From Octopus sinensis (Eukaryota), in NCBI RefSeq assembly GCF_006345805.1, contig NC_043005.1:10850001-10914000 (forward strand): 64,000 nt of DNA, given 5' to 3'. Under the pieces are notes generated by a model, which saw only the letters and a list, made by a program, of their open reading frames with translations, was not told the DNA's origin and did not search any database. The translations under genes and the position numbers were made by a program. Positions 48,950-63,480 of the stretch are shown here, in pieces. Position 1 is the first letter of the stretch; the number at the start of each line of letters is the position of its first letter.

Positions 48950-50360
48950 ATAATCATCCATAACTTGGTACCAGCACATCAGCTCATTTAGATACCATGA
49001 TAACCAAACCATGTTGTTGTCTCTTTTCATTTTGAAGTTGTGCCTTGTAATTCAACTTGTTTATTTTTCCATATGAAACACTGTCCATGTAGACTGTAAG
49101 CCGTGAAGCTATTATTGTTATTCGTTCCAGTTATGCACTGCCACCATTCTCATTACACTTTTCACATTTTCAGTAATGCCAACGTTAATCATTATTTATT
49201 TTATTTATTCATTTATTTTTTTGCTTATTACAATCATCATCATCATCATCATGTATTTGTCTTATAGCAAGCCTAGGGCTCATTCACTGTTATTATGTTT
49301 GTTTAATTTTGTCATTTTTTTTTTTTTTCTGTTTGTCTACCATTGTCATTTGTCAACTCATTAATTTAGATGCTAAAAATGGAATCTTCATATAATCCCA
49401 ATATTTGTTTAATTTTGTATCCTGAGACCTGTTTTCATGTCAACCTCTTCGGTGATCAAGCTATGCATGAAATATTTTGATGATATCTCTGTAAACCTCA
49501 GATGTACTAGCCGATTCCCCATATCCCATGCAGTCATTTCATTCAGCTTTCAGAATACAGAGTTTGCTTCAATTTAAGATATTTTTTTTCCATTTGTCAA
49601 GTTGAAAATAAGGCATTGTCATATTTTAGGGATACACACAAAGACACACACACACACATGTATACCATATAAAGCATTTTTGTCTGTTCAGAAAATGTCT
49701 AATATTTCCCACATTAGTGGATTAGCAGAATTCCTCCTGTATTTAGTTATGGCTCTTTATGTTGTGGTTCAAATCCTGCCTAAGTCAAATTTTGTTTTTC
49801 ATCTTTCTGAGACAAGGTTGATGTAATTAAATGTGGGGTGGTCTGGTCAGCTATTCAGTAAATGATGTAGAGTAAGGAAGTCCTACAGATATTGTACTCT
49901 TTCGTATGCACAATATAAGTACCAGATATCTTTACGTTGTCTGGATAAAGAAAGTACCACCATCATACCATAACAGCATCTACTTGTTCATGTTTGCATG
50001 GGTGAGCTGGAATTTATTTTGGCAAATTTTCTATGGCTAGATGACGTTTTTGTTGCCAACTTTCATCTGTTTCCAAGCAAGACAGTACTTTCTCATGGCC
50101 AGACATGTTTTCATGAGAGAATGGAAACAAATAGCATTGTTTGCACTGCAGTTACCCTTCATTTGCAACCATCAAATGAAGTCAAAACGAGGAGACACCA
50201 ACACACATGCACACACATCATCATCATTGTTCGACTGTGGTCGAGACAATGGAATTTACCATGCTACGCCAGACTTCACGGTCCATCATGGCATTACGGA
50301 GGTCCTGTTGCTGGATGCCTGTATCCCTGGAGATTACATCAGGGTAGGAGAGTGTGCGCC

Positions 50361-50540
50361 CTCTGCGTTACGTTGTGAGTTCAAATTCCGCCGAGGTCGA
50401 CTTTGCCTTTCATCCTTTCGGGGTCGATAAATTAAGTACCAGTTACGCACTGGGGTCGATGTAATCGACTTAATACCTATGTCTGTCCTTGTTTGTCCCC
50501 TCTGTGTTTAGCCCCTTGTGGGTAATAAAGAAATAGGTAT
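50361..50540 (+). mobile_element. SINE family B, 5'-truncated
   Basis: Near identical to 37230-37407. Confidence 0.9.
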
Positions 50541-50544
50541 TGCG

Positions 50545-50760
50545 AGAGGAAAAGAGTAGAAATTGCCTCATTTTCAGCTCTACAACAATGTCCAGCAAAC
50601 TGGACTCTCCTGCCTTTCACAAGAGATGACACAGGTGGTAGTTTCCCATATATTTGCATTTTGGTTGGATGACACTTCCATGAGAGATTTTAAGCTCTCA
50701 TAAGGAGATGAGTGTAGGTTCCATCCAACCGCCTCTCAAGCTTCTTCGATAACGTCCAGG
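50545..50760 (-). mobile_element. RTE-like LINE ORF2 fragment
   Basis: Minus frame QIYGKLPPVSSLVKGRRVQFAGHCCRAENEAISTL, an RRxxFAGH motif typical of RTE ORF2. Confidence 0.75.
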
Positions 50761-52489
50761 TTTCTGACGTTATGCACACACACACATACGAGAGGCTTCT
50801 TTCAGTTTCTCTACCAAATCTGCTTGTAAAGCTTTAGTCAGCTAGAGATTGTATTGTGAGACACTTTAAGTGTCATGCTGAATCTGGAGCTATGCTTGTA
50901 TCTGTTGAAATTTGAATAAGCAATAAGTGCTTGAATTTTGAAAGTAAATGATGATGATGATGATGATGATGATGATATGATGAAAACTTAGTAGCTGCTG
51001 TTTCAAATTTATTGTAGTAAGAAAAGTTGTAAGAGAATCACTTCTGGGAGTCTGATGGGGGGAAAATATTGATTTTTTTTTTTTTTGTGATGTAAGGTCA
51101 CAAATTTGTTGAAAGAAATCTATTTGATTGGATTGACTCATTCCTGTCCAGCACAGAATTGTAAAGATGAAAGGCAAAATTGACACCGACTTGATTTGAA
51201 CTCTAAATATGAAGCTGCAGAACTAAAAGCTGTAAACCTCTCAGCTATTTTTATTACCCCATTGCTTTTATTTTTATTATAAAAAAAAAATATGAGGGAC
51301 ACAAGGAAGTGTAGTTTCGAGTGTTTAAATGTATATTGATCTTGAATTTACTAGAGATGCTAAGCCATGTTGCCAAGTTGCTGTTTAAAAGGCCATTTTA
51401 AAAAATTATTTACTCACATGGACAAGTTAATTTTATGGAAGATAGTTATGTTTGATGAGATTTAATAGAGCTTTTTAGTGTCATAAAGAAGACTCGAGAC
51501 ATTTTGCTTGCATTAACAGCATTCATTTTATGTGTAGGAATGCTAAATCTATTTAAATTGTTGCAACATACAGCAGTAGTATTTAGATCGTTTTCATATC
51601 ATCAGCATCATTAACATGTTAGAATGTATATGCAAAAAAAAAAGGAATGTTACTTTAGGGATAATATGGCTTCTAATGAACTGAAAGGCCACTTTGGAAT
51701 TAAAAGGTTCATGTAATTTACATCACGACTGAAATAGCACAGATCTGTGAGGAAGAAAAGATAGCCAAGTTTCGGGGATTGTTGCTAACGAAGATTGTTG
51801 GGTTAGTCTGACATTAAAACTGCTTTTGATAAGGATAAAAGCGATAAAACATTCATAGTTGCTTGATAAAAGTAATTTTGAAAATGTTGATGAATTCTTG
51901 AACCCGATACTGTTTGAGATTAAATATTCTAACACTTCCTCAAGCATATCATAGGTATGTGATATAAGTTTTACGCGGCTGCTTTAGTGTCCTTTCTTCA
52001 TTATGGATTTTTAAATTGGTTGAAAAGATTTAGAGAAATTTTATTTAGGAAATGCTTGAAAAGTGATATTATCAATAAGAATATAATTATGATTTATTTT
52101 TTTAGTATATCTAATCTTTAGAGATGAACAGATTATATACATACATACATATATATATACTGCATTTCATTGAGTTTCATCTATGGTATTCTTTAAATAT
52201 GATACATTTCCTAGATGTATTGTATAATATATGACTAAAACTACACTTGAGTCAGCAGCCTATAATAGTTATATCTCCATAAGGCAGATGCTTAAAGCTT
52301 TTCCAAAGGAGGCTTTTATTTACTATTCAGTCTTACATAGGTTGGGCAAAACTACATTATTTTCACTATGTGTATACACATCCAGAAATATCTACTTATA
52401 AAATAGTTTCTCCTAAAATGACACTTGCTGTATTTTCAGTTTGTTAAAAAAACATAAATGTGAAAAGTATCTTTCTTTAGCTATTTTAG

Positions 52490-52520
52490 ATATATATATA
52501 TATATATATTTTCATCATAT

Positions 52521-52588
<68 letters not shown>

Positions 52589-52647
52589 CTGTATATGTGT
52601 GTGTGTATATATATATATATATAATATATATATTATATGTATCTGTA

Positions 52648-52693
<46 letters not shown>

Positions 52694-52704
52694 GTATCTG
52701 TATA

Positions 52705-52749
<45 letters not shown>

Positions 52750-52750
52750 C

Positions 52751-52796
<46 letters not shown>

Positions 52797-52910
52797 ATCT
52801 GTATATGTGTGTATATATATAATATATATGTATCTGTATATGTGTGTATATATATATATATATTATATATGTATGTATGTATCTGTATGTGTGTGTGTAT
52901 ATGATAATAT
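52490..52910. repeat. Compound microsatellite / minisatellite (TATATGTATCTGTATATGTGTG + (TA)n units)
   Basis: Repeated GTATCTGTAT core separated by variable (TA)n. Confidence 0.92.
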
Positions 52911-52999
52911 ATATATCTGTGGGAAAAAGTAACAAAAATAATACGCTGGAATTGTAGTGGGAAGTGGAGTAGCTTCTGTTTTTAGCTGAGGCCTTCTGG

Positions 53000-54620
53000 C
53001 TAAAGATGACCAGGGAAAAATAAAAGAAAGAGGAGAGTTTTACATCCTTAATGTAAAACTGGCTGCAAGTAATGAGGAACGCAAGATGTGAGATTGCACA
53101 CATAAACTGGAAGAAGTAGAGAGAAACTAGGTCTTGGGGTGAAGGAAAGAGCAATCAAAAGAGGAATGAGCGGGAGTGAAGTGAAGGGGGAAATTTGAAT
53201 TAAGAGGAGAGCTGAACCACAAGAATGACACTACTGAACTAAAAAGAGGTGTAGCAACAGAAATGAAAACAGTCATTGAAGCCCATCAGTGACATAGATT
53301 TGAATTTTGGCATGAAATGTTTCTTGTATTTCCTTGAACCTGCAGATTTAAAATCTGTGAGAGATGCCACACTGTAATAAATGTGTAACAGAATTGCCTG
53401 TTGTACTGAAGTCGGTGATGATAAGTTGGCCTAGAACTTCTATTAGTCTGCGTCAAATGTTCATTAAGATGACAGCCTGTTCTCTAAAGTCAAGTACACC
53501 ACAAAGTTTGTGGATGATGCGGTTGGAAAGTGTGCAGCAGAAATTTTAGGGTACTGTTGTGCTATGATTTGAGCCTTGCGATGTAGTGCTGTTAATGTTG
53601 AGTCAGGTGTTGCATTGAAGGCAAGTTCATTTAAAAGTTCCTTATTGTGTATGGCTTCTAACTAGGTGGTTGTCGAGTCACTATCTTTCTTGAAGAGAAG
53701 GTGAGGTGAGGTGGTGTGGGGAAAGATTGGAGCATCAGAAAGTAGGATTTGGAAGTTGTGGGTGAATGTGTTTCAATGGGTGAGTGAGTGGGTGGGTGCT
53801 GGTGAGAGAAACTGGCTATGTGCAGGAATAACAACTGATCAAGGTACACTTGATTGAGGAATTCTTTTATAGTGATTGAGATTCGAAATCCAAATCAGAA
53901 CCTGCAGAGCCAGGGAAACTGAAAGAATTAAGGGAATGATATAAGAGATTTAGTGTCCATGTGGTGAGAATCGATTTACTTGTAGTGGACAGTAATAGAT
54001 ATTATTGTTAGTGATAGAGATATTGAGAAAACTGAAAGTTTCAGATAGATTGGAAAGTGAAAAGAGTTAATGAAAGAATTGGACTTATCAAGCTATTGTC
54101 TGGTGAGGGTGGTAACACTGACATAGTCATCAATATAATAACAGCTCTGGAATGGGTTCCATGAAATGAGCAAAGATTTCTCTTCAATTTGGCCCGCAAA
54201 ATGCTTGGCATAATTGGGGTCCATCTTTGTACCCATAGCATCCCTACTAACTTGTTTGTAATATTCACCAGATAAGGAATAGCAATTAAGGGGTAATACA
54301 AGTTCAACTCAGCAGATGAATGTTGTAGTACTCGATACAGGTCAGGGATGGTGATCTAGAAAGTGTTTAAGGGCTGATGGGCTATCACTGTGGGTAAATG
54401 GCCAGGGATGGTGATCTAGAAAGTGTTTAAGGGCTGATGGGCTATCAATGTGGGTAAATGGTTGTGTGGACTGGTTTTAATGTCCATGGTAAGAATGATC
54501 TTTGACTACCCAGGCAGAAAAGACAATGAGTTGAAGGGTTTAGGTCATGGTTGATAACTCTATTGTATGAGAGTGAGACAGTGACTAAGAGTGGTTATAT
54601 TTTGTCAAAATATGCAGTGA
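53000..54620 (-). mobile_element. Decayed Penelope-like retroelement (RT plus possible GIY-YIG remnant)
   Basis: Minus frame ELVLPLNCYSLSGEYYKQVSRDAMGTKMDPNYA..YYIDDY (AMGT 54228-54239, YIDD 54126-54137); downstream RTGCHLNEHL-like remnant; many stops and frameshifts; ends approximate. Confidence 0.85.
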
Positions 54621-55472
54621 GAAGATGGGTTTGGTTCTTACAGACAGAGATAATGTATATGTATACAAGTCTTTGTGTTGTGTGTGTCATGTGAATGAGT
54701 GAGTGAGAGTGTGTATTTATTTAGATGAGAGGTTGTATGTCCCCTGCTTTGAGCTTATAAATGTCTTATACACACACACACACACACACACACACATATT
54801 TAAAGCCTATATCTATCCTTAAATTGAAGCAACTTAGTATTCCTCATGTAGCATCATTTCATTGTTAGATCACATGTTGTTCATGCTTTGTTTAAAATTC
54901 TTTGAAATAAAACTATGTTGCAATGCAGACCTGCAAGATGAAATATTCATTTTCTAAAAAAACTAGTTCATGTGCATTTGATACACACCTTTTTTTCTTG
55001 CATTTTTACCTTTTGCAAGATCATAATGAAGCATTTTTCTCTAAATTTCTGTCTCTGGAAAATGATGTACTTATATTCAATATATATTTACATATATGCA
55101 TACGTAAATGCATTCAATCTAAACTCTATTTAATAACACTTAATACAGCTTGTCCAAATTATTGGCTCTCAGTTTTCACTGAAATGTTTGTTGATATCAA
55201 ATGATGATATCATATAGTATTAAAAGTTTGAGAATAAAATAATTTCATCTTTTCTCCCAATATAACGCATGAACTTCATGTCTAACCTATGATGTCTGTT
55301 CACTGCTGTAATACTGTCTGATTCATTCTCACATATTTCAGCTGAATGTAACTATTTCTCACACCCTGACATGATTCAAATATTTCATGCATGTCCAATC
55401 CATTGCATGTTTTCTTTAGTTTAAGATTTCATTTATCACTCTTTATATTTTTTTACACCCTTATCCCCTCAG

Positions 55473-55781
55473 CCCCAGGTGCCCCTCCTTTGGCTGTGAG
55501 TGGTATTGCACTTGACTCACGCAGACTCAACATTACCTGGAAGCCACCACCCCGCACCAAGCAAAACGGTGACATCACTGGCTATAAGATAATGTATGTT
55601 GAAAATGATGGTGTTAAAACCAAAAATGATGCCTTAGTAGTTAATGTGGATGCAGATGTGAACTCTTATATATTGACTGACCTGTCAAAATGGACCCAAT
55701 ATAAGATATGGCTTCTAGCTTACACCAGCATTGGCGAGAGTCCTTCATCCCAACCCATCTTAGTGAGCACTGAAGAAGATG
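55473..55781 (+). CDS. Lar: LAR-family RPTP exon, FN3 repeat 4 (symmetrical phase 1-1, 309 nt)
   Basis: ctcag|CC acceptor, G|gtaggt donor; APGAPPLAVSGIALDSRRLNITWKPPPRTKQNGDITGYKIMY...LTDLSKWTQYKIWLLAYTSIGESPSSQPILVSTEED, carrying the LAR FN4 signature L..WT.Y..W..A.T..G....S.P.LV.T.ED. Confidence 0.96.
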
Positions 55782-56130
55782 GTAGGTACCAGAAAAATAA
55801 TCCTCATTTTGAAGTGGCTTTGGGTGACTTAACATGCTTCTTAACAACTTTAGCTTATCAGACTTGGCTGAAGTGGGTTCAAAATTTCAATTTTCTCTTC
55901 ATTAACAATTAACTTATCCTAAGCATAAAATTCAAAACTTTGAATGTTGCATCATCCCATATCATCTAACAGTCTACTCCTAACCATACTCCTTTTCCTT
56001 CAAGCTTTTAAAAACTTGATTTTAAAAAATATCTTTTCTGTTTTAATTTTTCCTCACTAACAATATCTATATTTCACCTAACAGGCAATAAAAAAAAAAT
56101 CATGTTGTTTTGATTGTAGAATATTAAAAT

Positions 56131-56190
<60 letters not shown>

Positions 56191-57967
56191 ATGTGTAATA
56201 TACATAAGAAACATTATAGATATTGTAAAAACACTTGATGTATTTGAAAATCTAAATGTTAATGTAAAATTAAATCGAGTTAAAACTCTATCTAGTGTGT
56301 CTCACACACCAAGAATATGGAAACATAATGACCTGGTGTTAAGCAAAGCTATTTAAATGATCTTAAATTAAACTCATTAAATATTTTGTTGAAACATGAT
56401 TTAGTTTAATAAAAACTAGGTTAAGAAAATAGATTGAACAATGGGTTGACTTTATTAGTCTACATTCTTCTATGAAATACTTGAAATGTCTTTTGTGATA
56501 TCATACCAGCATGTTCTCATCTTGTACGTATATTTTCTTCTTCAAATGTGAGTAAAAATTACTTTGTAAAAAATGTTCCGCATCACAAAATCCATTCTCT
56601 ACGGTAGATTACTTCCAAAGAATTCTGGGATAGCAAATGAGGGAAGACAAACATACTTTTTTTTTAGTCTATAGTTATCTTCATTCTTTTCCCTATTTTT
56701 CCTTTCTGTCATTTTAACTATTTTTGACACAGGTTCAGTATGCATTTACATTTTACTTGGAACAAAATGGTTTATGACAACTGACAAATAACATTTGGAC
56801 AGTGACATGTGAAATATTTTATGTTCCTCTTATACTTTTTACCAAATATTGGATCATATCAATTTCTTCAGGATGGTGTAGGGAAAACCTCTTAAAAATT
56901 GCTCATACTGTAAAACAAGCTCTATAACAGTGCTTGCTATTTTCTATGTAGCTGCTAGTGATCAATCTGTGATCCAGTTTCAATTTCCTGTTGGAGTACA
57001 TGCTCTTGCTTTAAGAAAAAGCATGGATGCTAGCTACTATCATCCAATTCTCTTCTCTGCTTAGGCATTTTTCTGCCTAACTAAACAAAGCTTGTGTATA
57101 TTATATACTCATCTACGTGCTCCATTTAAAGTTTTATATTGTAGTTAGTAGTATAGAAAGTTATGGCAAATGTTACTGAAACCATTTGTCAGTACTTGTT
57201 TCCTTCCAGAAAGCATATTTAAAATAATTTAGTAACATTTCTGTCTTTAAACTTAATGGAAGAAAACTAAACTATATTTCTGTTTAGGCTGATGATGGTG
57301 GCATTTTGTTATCTTATTGCTCCTTTTGAAATATGGTCTACCTCTAAATAATTTGATTGATTTCAATAAATAAATAAATAAAATGAAAAGTCATTTTTTT
57401 TTGCTCATCTGTGAAACTCTTCTCAACTCTCATTAGAACTTCTGTGAAAAACTAAATTCTCTGTTGTCCAGAAGCTATTTCTGTAATTTTCTTCTAATCT
57501 CTTTATATATAAAGTAAAACCATTTCATGTATAGTTAGAAATCAGAGATAAAGATCACATCTTAAAGAAAAAAAAAAATTACAGTTTTGAGCTACATCAA
57601 AGATCTTGGAGTTTACAAAGCACTTTCTTTTCCTTCTGTATATTTCTGTTTTGCTGTGCACTGACCAGTATATGTTGCACCACTTGTATCTGTTCCATTT
57701 ATAACCTCTGCATAATTTTTTGTTAATTTTTCTAGAATATGTATTCCACTCTATATTTCCCCCTACTCTTTTAATTATCCTTTATAAACTGTTGCTTTCT
57801 TACATTTAAACTTCAGTTATAAATCGGTATTTAATTAATCTTAGGGAAGATTTCTGGATGTTTATAAAGTTCTTCATATAAACACCAACTGATCGCTAGA
57901 ACTTTGTAGAATATTCGATTCTTAGTTCAGTGGAACAAATATCAGTAGAAGATACTTAGATGAATTA

Positions 57968-58367
57968 GTTACTCTTTCTCTTTTACTCTTTTACTTGTTT
58001 CAGTCATTTGACTGCGGCCATGCTGGAGCACCGCCTTTAATCGAGCAACTCGACCCCGGGACTTATTTTTTGTAAGCCCAGTACTTATTCTATCGGTCTC
58101 TTTTGCCGAACCGCTAAGTAACAGGGCATAAACGCACCAGCATCGATTGTCAAGCAATTCTAGGGGGACAAACACACACGCATATATATATATATACATA
58201 TATACAACGGGCTTCTTTCAGTTTCCGTCTACCAAATCCACTCGCAAGGCTTTGGTCAGCCTGAGGCTATAGTAGAAGACACTTGCCCAAGATGCCACGC
58301 AGTGGGACTGAACCCGGAACCATGTGGTTGGTAAACAAGCTACTTACCACACAGCCACTCCTGCGCC
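57968..58367 (-). mobile_element. SINE family A, full length
   Basis: Reverse complement of family A. Confidence 0.9.
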
Positions 58368-58722
58368 TATTTGCAAGTTTTGTTATCAAATGAATGTGCG
58401 TAGGAATGTATTAGTGTATGTAATTGTCTCATCGGTTAAAGCTAAGGACAATGTTCCAGCTTTAGGTATTAAATGTGAGGTTTATGATGAAGTACCATGG
58501 CTTGAACATGTAACTGTTATTTGCCTTCACTATGAACTTGTTTAGTAGACTAGTAAGTATACAATTACCAAAACCCTATTAAAAATGCTAGTGGTTACAC
58601 TATCATCTACTCAAGAGGAACATTCAAATATGTTGAGCCAATTTGGTGGTACTACCTGCTTAGAAAAAGCAGCTAAATCTTCAATCTCGTCTTATCATCT
58701 TGAAGATAGGTAGGACATTTAA

Positions 58723-58943
58723 CCCTTTTGATACCAACCTGGCTGAAACTGCCTCTGGCTCTGTATTACAAATGTCTTGTTTTCATAAGTTCTGAATTAA
58801 AATCTTCCACCAAACCTTAGTCACAATTTATGTTCCTAACACTAGCTGAATGGTAACTAAGTTATTTTACTAAATTCTTTGTTATATTTAAAGTAATTGA
58901 AAGAAACACAGAGCATCTCAAAATAAATACAGTAATGAAAGGG
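58723..58943. mobile_element. piggyBac-like MITE
   Basis: TTAA TSDs at 58719-58722 and 58944-58947; CCCTTT..AAAGGG termini; homologous to 30274-30481. Confidence 0.85.
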
Positions 58944-61867
58944 TTAAGGTAATCTAATTCCAAATAAATTTATACCTGAAAATAATATAGGGTAGCTCAG
59001 GTCGGAACACTATCGATCATAGGTTTGCATGATGAAAGCTGACTTTCAAAATGAGAAGCAAGTTTATTTAATTCTAATTTACATTCCAGTCTAGTTGAGA
59101 GGTATAATACTTAGATAGGATATGTATTTGAAAACGCTCATGCGTAGAATATTTTTGGTAATCTCAACCGCTCTGTGTGTGTGCATGAATTTTAAAATAA
59201 AAACCATGCAGTTTTCTATTGATTTTTACTTACCTTACACATTTAGTTCCAATAACAACATACTCTATAAATTGTTACCTGCTAGCTAGAATTTATTCTA
59301 AGAACTGATATATTGTTATATAAATTATTGCCAATATTAATTTTTAAGTTTTAATTATTACATGCTAATTAGCCATGAGGTTAATTACAGTTCTATTTCA
59401 TTATCTTTTGTATATCTTTCTGACTTTTAAACAGATGTTACTAATTTTATTAATAATTATATTGTAGCAGCAATGTCAGCTTCTTGAACATTTTTTTGTT
59501 TAACTTCTAATCATAAACAGTCAGTTAAAAAGAAATTCTTTAGATATAGGGGTATAGTTGTGTGTGTGCGTGTGTGTGTCTGTGTACATATAAACACTGG
59601 CTGGTGATACTTCAAAGTCTCTGTCAGTAAAATTACGATATGTGTATATAATATGTATACATCATATATATTAATGTGTTCATGTGTGTTAGCTTAATAT
59701 TTGTTTTAATATTTCTGAGCACTGATCTGATATCTTGAACAAGGCTCAATTCTATTCTAGTCCTAGTCTTATCTTTTGATATACAGTTTAGGAGTTTCTT
59801 GCTTTGCAGCGATAACTTGTAGGAAATGTAATTGTTGATTCTAGTGTTGTCCTTGCAAGTCAAGTGTCTGCATGTCAAGAGATTAGAAGATAATTTTGCT
59901 GACTTAGTTACTTTGTAGTTCCAGCAACTTCTCTGTTTTCTGTTTTGTCTACAACCAATAAGAATGGTTGCCAGATCTAGTTTTCAAGTTTGCTTCAGCA
60001 TGTACGCATTCAGTATATTCTGAATTTCTAGCAGATGGTTAGCAATTCCTTCTTTCAATGATGGATCAGTTTGCAACTGTTCTCTGTTCCTCTCCCAAGA
60101 AACACAGAGAAATTTCTTTTTTAGTTTGGCATTTCCAAAGCGAGACTTTTCTCTTAAATACTTCAACTCAGTCCAGACACTTTAACCTGTTTATATCAAA
60201 TCATTGTGAGGCGAGGTTGGGTTCATTTAAACGGATGAGTATATTGTTGAGTAATGAGTATATACATTTGTATGTTGTCTGTTTGATAAGTAGACAATGT
60301 ACAAAATGAGCTCACAGTTCTCAAACCTTGCTTCCAAATTCTTTCCTTATTTTAAGAGGAAAATGCCAATTTCCTCAGATACAATAACAACTAGCTTTGT
60401 AAAAGCTAGCACATTGTAATATGGAAAATTATAACTTAGCATTCACTTAATCACTCAATCTTATGGCTAAGATTTGCTTCAAATATCCATGACTTGATAT
60501 TTAAGCAGTAAAGTCACCATAACAATTGTATGTTGATGAAGTATGCAGTTGTAAGCTTTTATGTAAAGTACTCTTCTCTTTCACTCGTACTGCAAAACTA
60601 GTATTGTGTCCCATCATTACTGCTGCACCATCAATACACACAGATTCCAACACATTCCACTCTTGATAATTGCATTAAAAAAGAAGTATTATGAAGCAGA
60701 TGGAAAACATCAAGACCTTTGGTAGTTGGTTGCACTTGTTCCCAAAACAAAAGTTTATCCTACAAGGTATAATTCTGTATATATATAGCAAATGTATACA
60801 ATCAATTCACTCACTTATGAGATATCTGTTGAGTCACCCATTTGAATACTGATGGGATATGGGGGTCATTTCATTTCATTAGTCACTTGGGCAAAGACAA
60901 TCCTTCCAGTGACTCAGATTTAGTGACATTATCATTGAGTAGAATGTGTTGGATATTCTTGGCTGCTCTATGTCCAACGACAAGTTCTGCTTCATTCAGG
61001 GAGTATAATTTAACAGTCTTTTCTGGTGCATAGAACAACTATTTTTTTAATGCAAATATTTGTCACTTTAAACAGGACTGCTAAATTAGTTTTCAGGAAA
61101 TGCAAAATGCAAGATGAGGAAGAGTTCCCTTTTTTTATTGTATCAGACATTTTGGGAAGTTTTTCAATCTTGCAGGTCTTAAATTTGAATAACTCTTTAT
61201 GAAGTTGCAAAACATATTTGGTACTTGATTATTGCAGCCAAAGTTGTCTTTGATAGATGTGAATCCATACTCAACTGTTGCTGTGTTTCTTGACTTTGAC
61301 AGCACACACAGACAGTGAATCGGATTACTGTTAAAATCAAAATTTCTAGCACTACCCATTATGCAAAACAAACAAATAATTTTCTATCTATGAGAGTAGG
61401 TCCATTGGTTATTCTCAGCTAAGGATATAAACTATAAAAGGCTGGAGTTTAATAGAGAATGTGATGAAAATCAGGATAGGTGAATAGGGAACAACCCAAC
61501 CAAGCTACATAGGTGCATGCTCAGAGGTAGGCTAAGAAAAATACAATTACATGCAAGTTGTGATGTAGAAGAGCAGTGACAACAGTGTTATGATATTAGC
61601 AAAGAGTGTGAGTTGTGAAAAAGTAAATAAAAAAAACAAAACAAGCTGTGGGCAAATTAGGTCATCTACTCCCCATCATAATAAAATGTAATGGGACCAT
61701 TTCCAGCACCTCACCAATGAATTTTAGCACCCCAAATTGTGAAACACTGCTCTACGTGTCCATTCAACCTGCTAGAAATAGATGTGAATCTTCCTCAGGT
61801 CACACCCTATCATCTTAAAAAAGAAAAGATAATGTAAACCTAGACACACTATTTTTTTCTTTCTATT

Positions 61868-62093
61868 GCCTATTTCTTTACTACCCACAAGGGGCTACAC
61901 ACAGAAGGGACAGACAAACGGATTATGTTGATTATATCGACCCCAGTGCATAACTGGTACTTATTTAATCGACCCCGAAAGGATGAAAGGCAAAGTCAAC
62001 CTCGGCGGAATTTGAACTCAGAACGTAACAGCAGACGAAATACGGTTACGCATTTCGCCCGGCGTGCATACGTTTCTGCCAGCTCGCCGCCTT
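61868..62093 (-). mobile_element. SINE family B, full length
   Basis: Reverse complement of 37171-37407. Confidence 0.9.
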
Positions 62094-63344
62094 ATTTTTC
62101 TATTGCCTTCTACAATTAGACTGCAGCCATGCTGAATCAGCATCAGTTTTAATTGATCTACTATTCCCAGTATTCATTTCATTCAGACCGCATTTTATTT
62201 TATTGGTGTCTATATCAAACTGCTAAGCTGCAACACCAATTTCATTTTGACTTGTGGCAGCCGTGGTACAGCCACACATGTCTATGACTGGTTTCTCTAC
62301 AGTTTCTGCTAAGCAAATTTCACTTACAGGATACTGCTTAAGTTCAGGCTATAGTAAGACACTTGCCTAAGATACTGTGCTGTGAGATTGAATCCATAAC
62401 CATGTAATTATGAAACTATCTTCTTAGCTATGCAAGCCATGACTGTGTCTGTGCCCTGACCTTTTGTCTTTAACAGAAGAATTGGACAATCAGTGTTACA
62501 ACACTTTTGTTCATAGGACTCCGTAAGCGGAGATAATTTAGGGTTAAACTTTAGTTGATTTATGCATAGGTAGTAAATCATTTCATGTAGACATTTGCAC
62601 AATCATGTTCACACCTGGGGAGAGGACTAGAAATTATAGGATGTTGAGAGGGCCTGTATGTGGTTATTTGACTTACTAGAAATAGCAGTCTAGGACTCAT
62701 TACATAGCTTATATGTAATCCATTACTTAACAGCACTATTTTCACTACGTGCTCCTCATGTGCCTTTAAGAGAGTTCAGTCTATTACCAACATCCATACA
62801 AAATCCCTATAGAGGCTTTGCTCTCCACTCCTGCTTCTTTTACTTAACATGCATATATTCTGGCTGGGCACCAACCTCTATGTTTCTCCCTTATTTAGAA
62901 GAGCCTAAGTTATGACTGCTTTCTTTGCTCCTCCTCCTCTCAAATCCCACCTTTTCATAAATGTATTTCTAATGAAACAAATTTTTTTCTCTTTTAATGG
63001 TTTCAACCATTGGACTTCTATCATACTGGGGCACTACTTTCAAGAATTTCAGTTGATTATGTCAGCCCTAGTGCTAATTTCACTATTATTTTATTTCATA
63101 AATCTCTGTTTGTTGAATTGTGGGGAAAAATAAAAACATTCTTTTGACAGTTGTTTAAACATAAATTGAAATAGATACACACGCAAACACAACAAATATC
63201 TACTATTTCCATATATATCATATTCCACTCACAAGATATTGGACAATTCCCAGGCTGCAGTGGAAGATACTTGCTGAAGTGTCTCTCAGGGGGATCAAAG
63301 ATTCAGTAAAATAACTAACTTTTAATATTAAGATAGTGTAAGGC

Positions 63345-63480
63345 AGTGAGGTGGCAGAATTGTTAGCACACCTGGGAAAATGCTTGGCAGCATTTTGTCC
63401 ATCTTTATATTCTGAGTTCAGATTCTGCCATGGTCAGCTTGCCTCATTCCCTGAAATTGCTGGTCTTATGCCAAAATTTG
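63345..63480 (+). mobile_element. Degenerate SINE family B fragment
   Basis: aggcagtgaggtggcagaattgttagcac..gagttcagattctgcc head. Confidence 0.65.

Noticed and set aside
55690-55885. Possible exon-intron pairings for the FN4 exon (and similar ones for the first exon)
   Set aside because: Only short, heavily bulged AT/GU helices, not distinguishable from chance by eye
1465-58545. Recurrent ORFs such as MLGGQTQTH.., ..QSFDCGHAGAPPL.. and MVGKQATY..
   Set aside because: Chance frames of SINE family A copies, not genes
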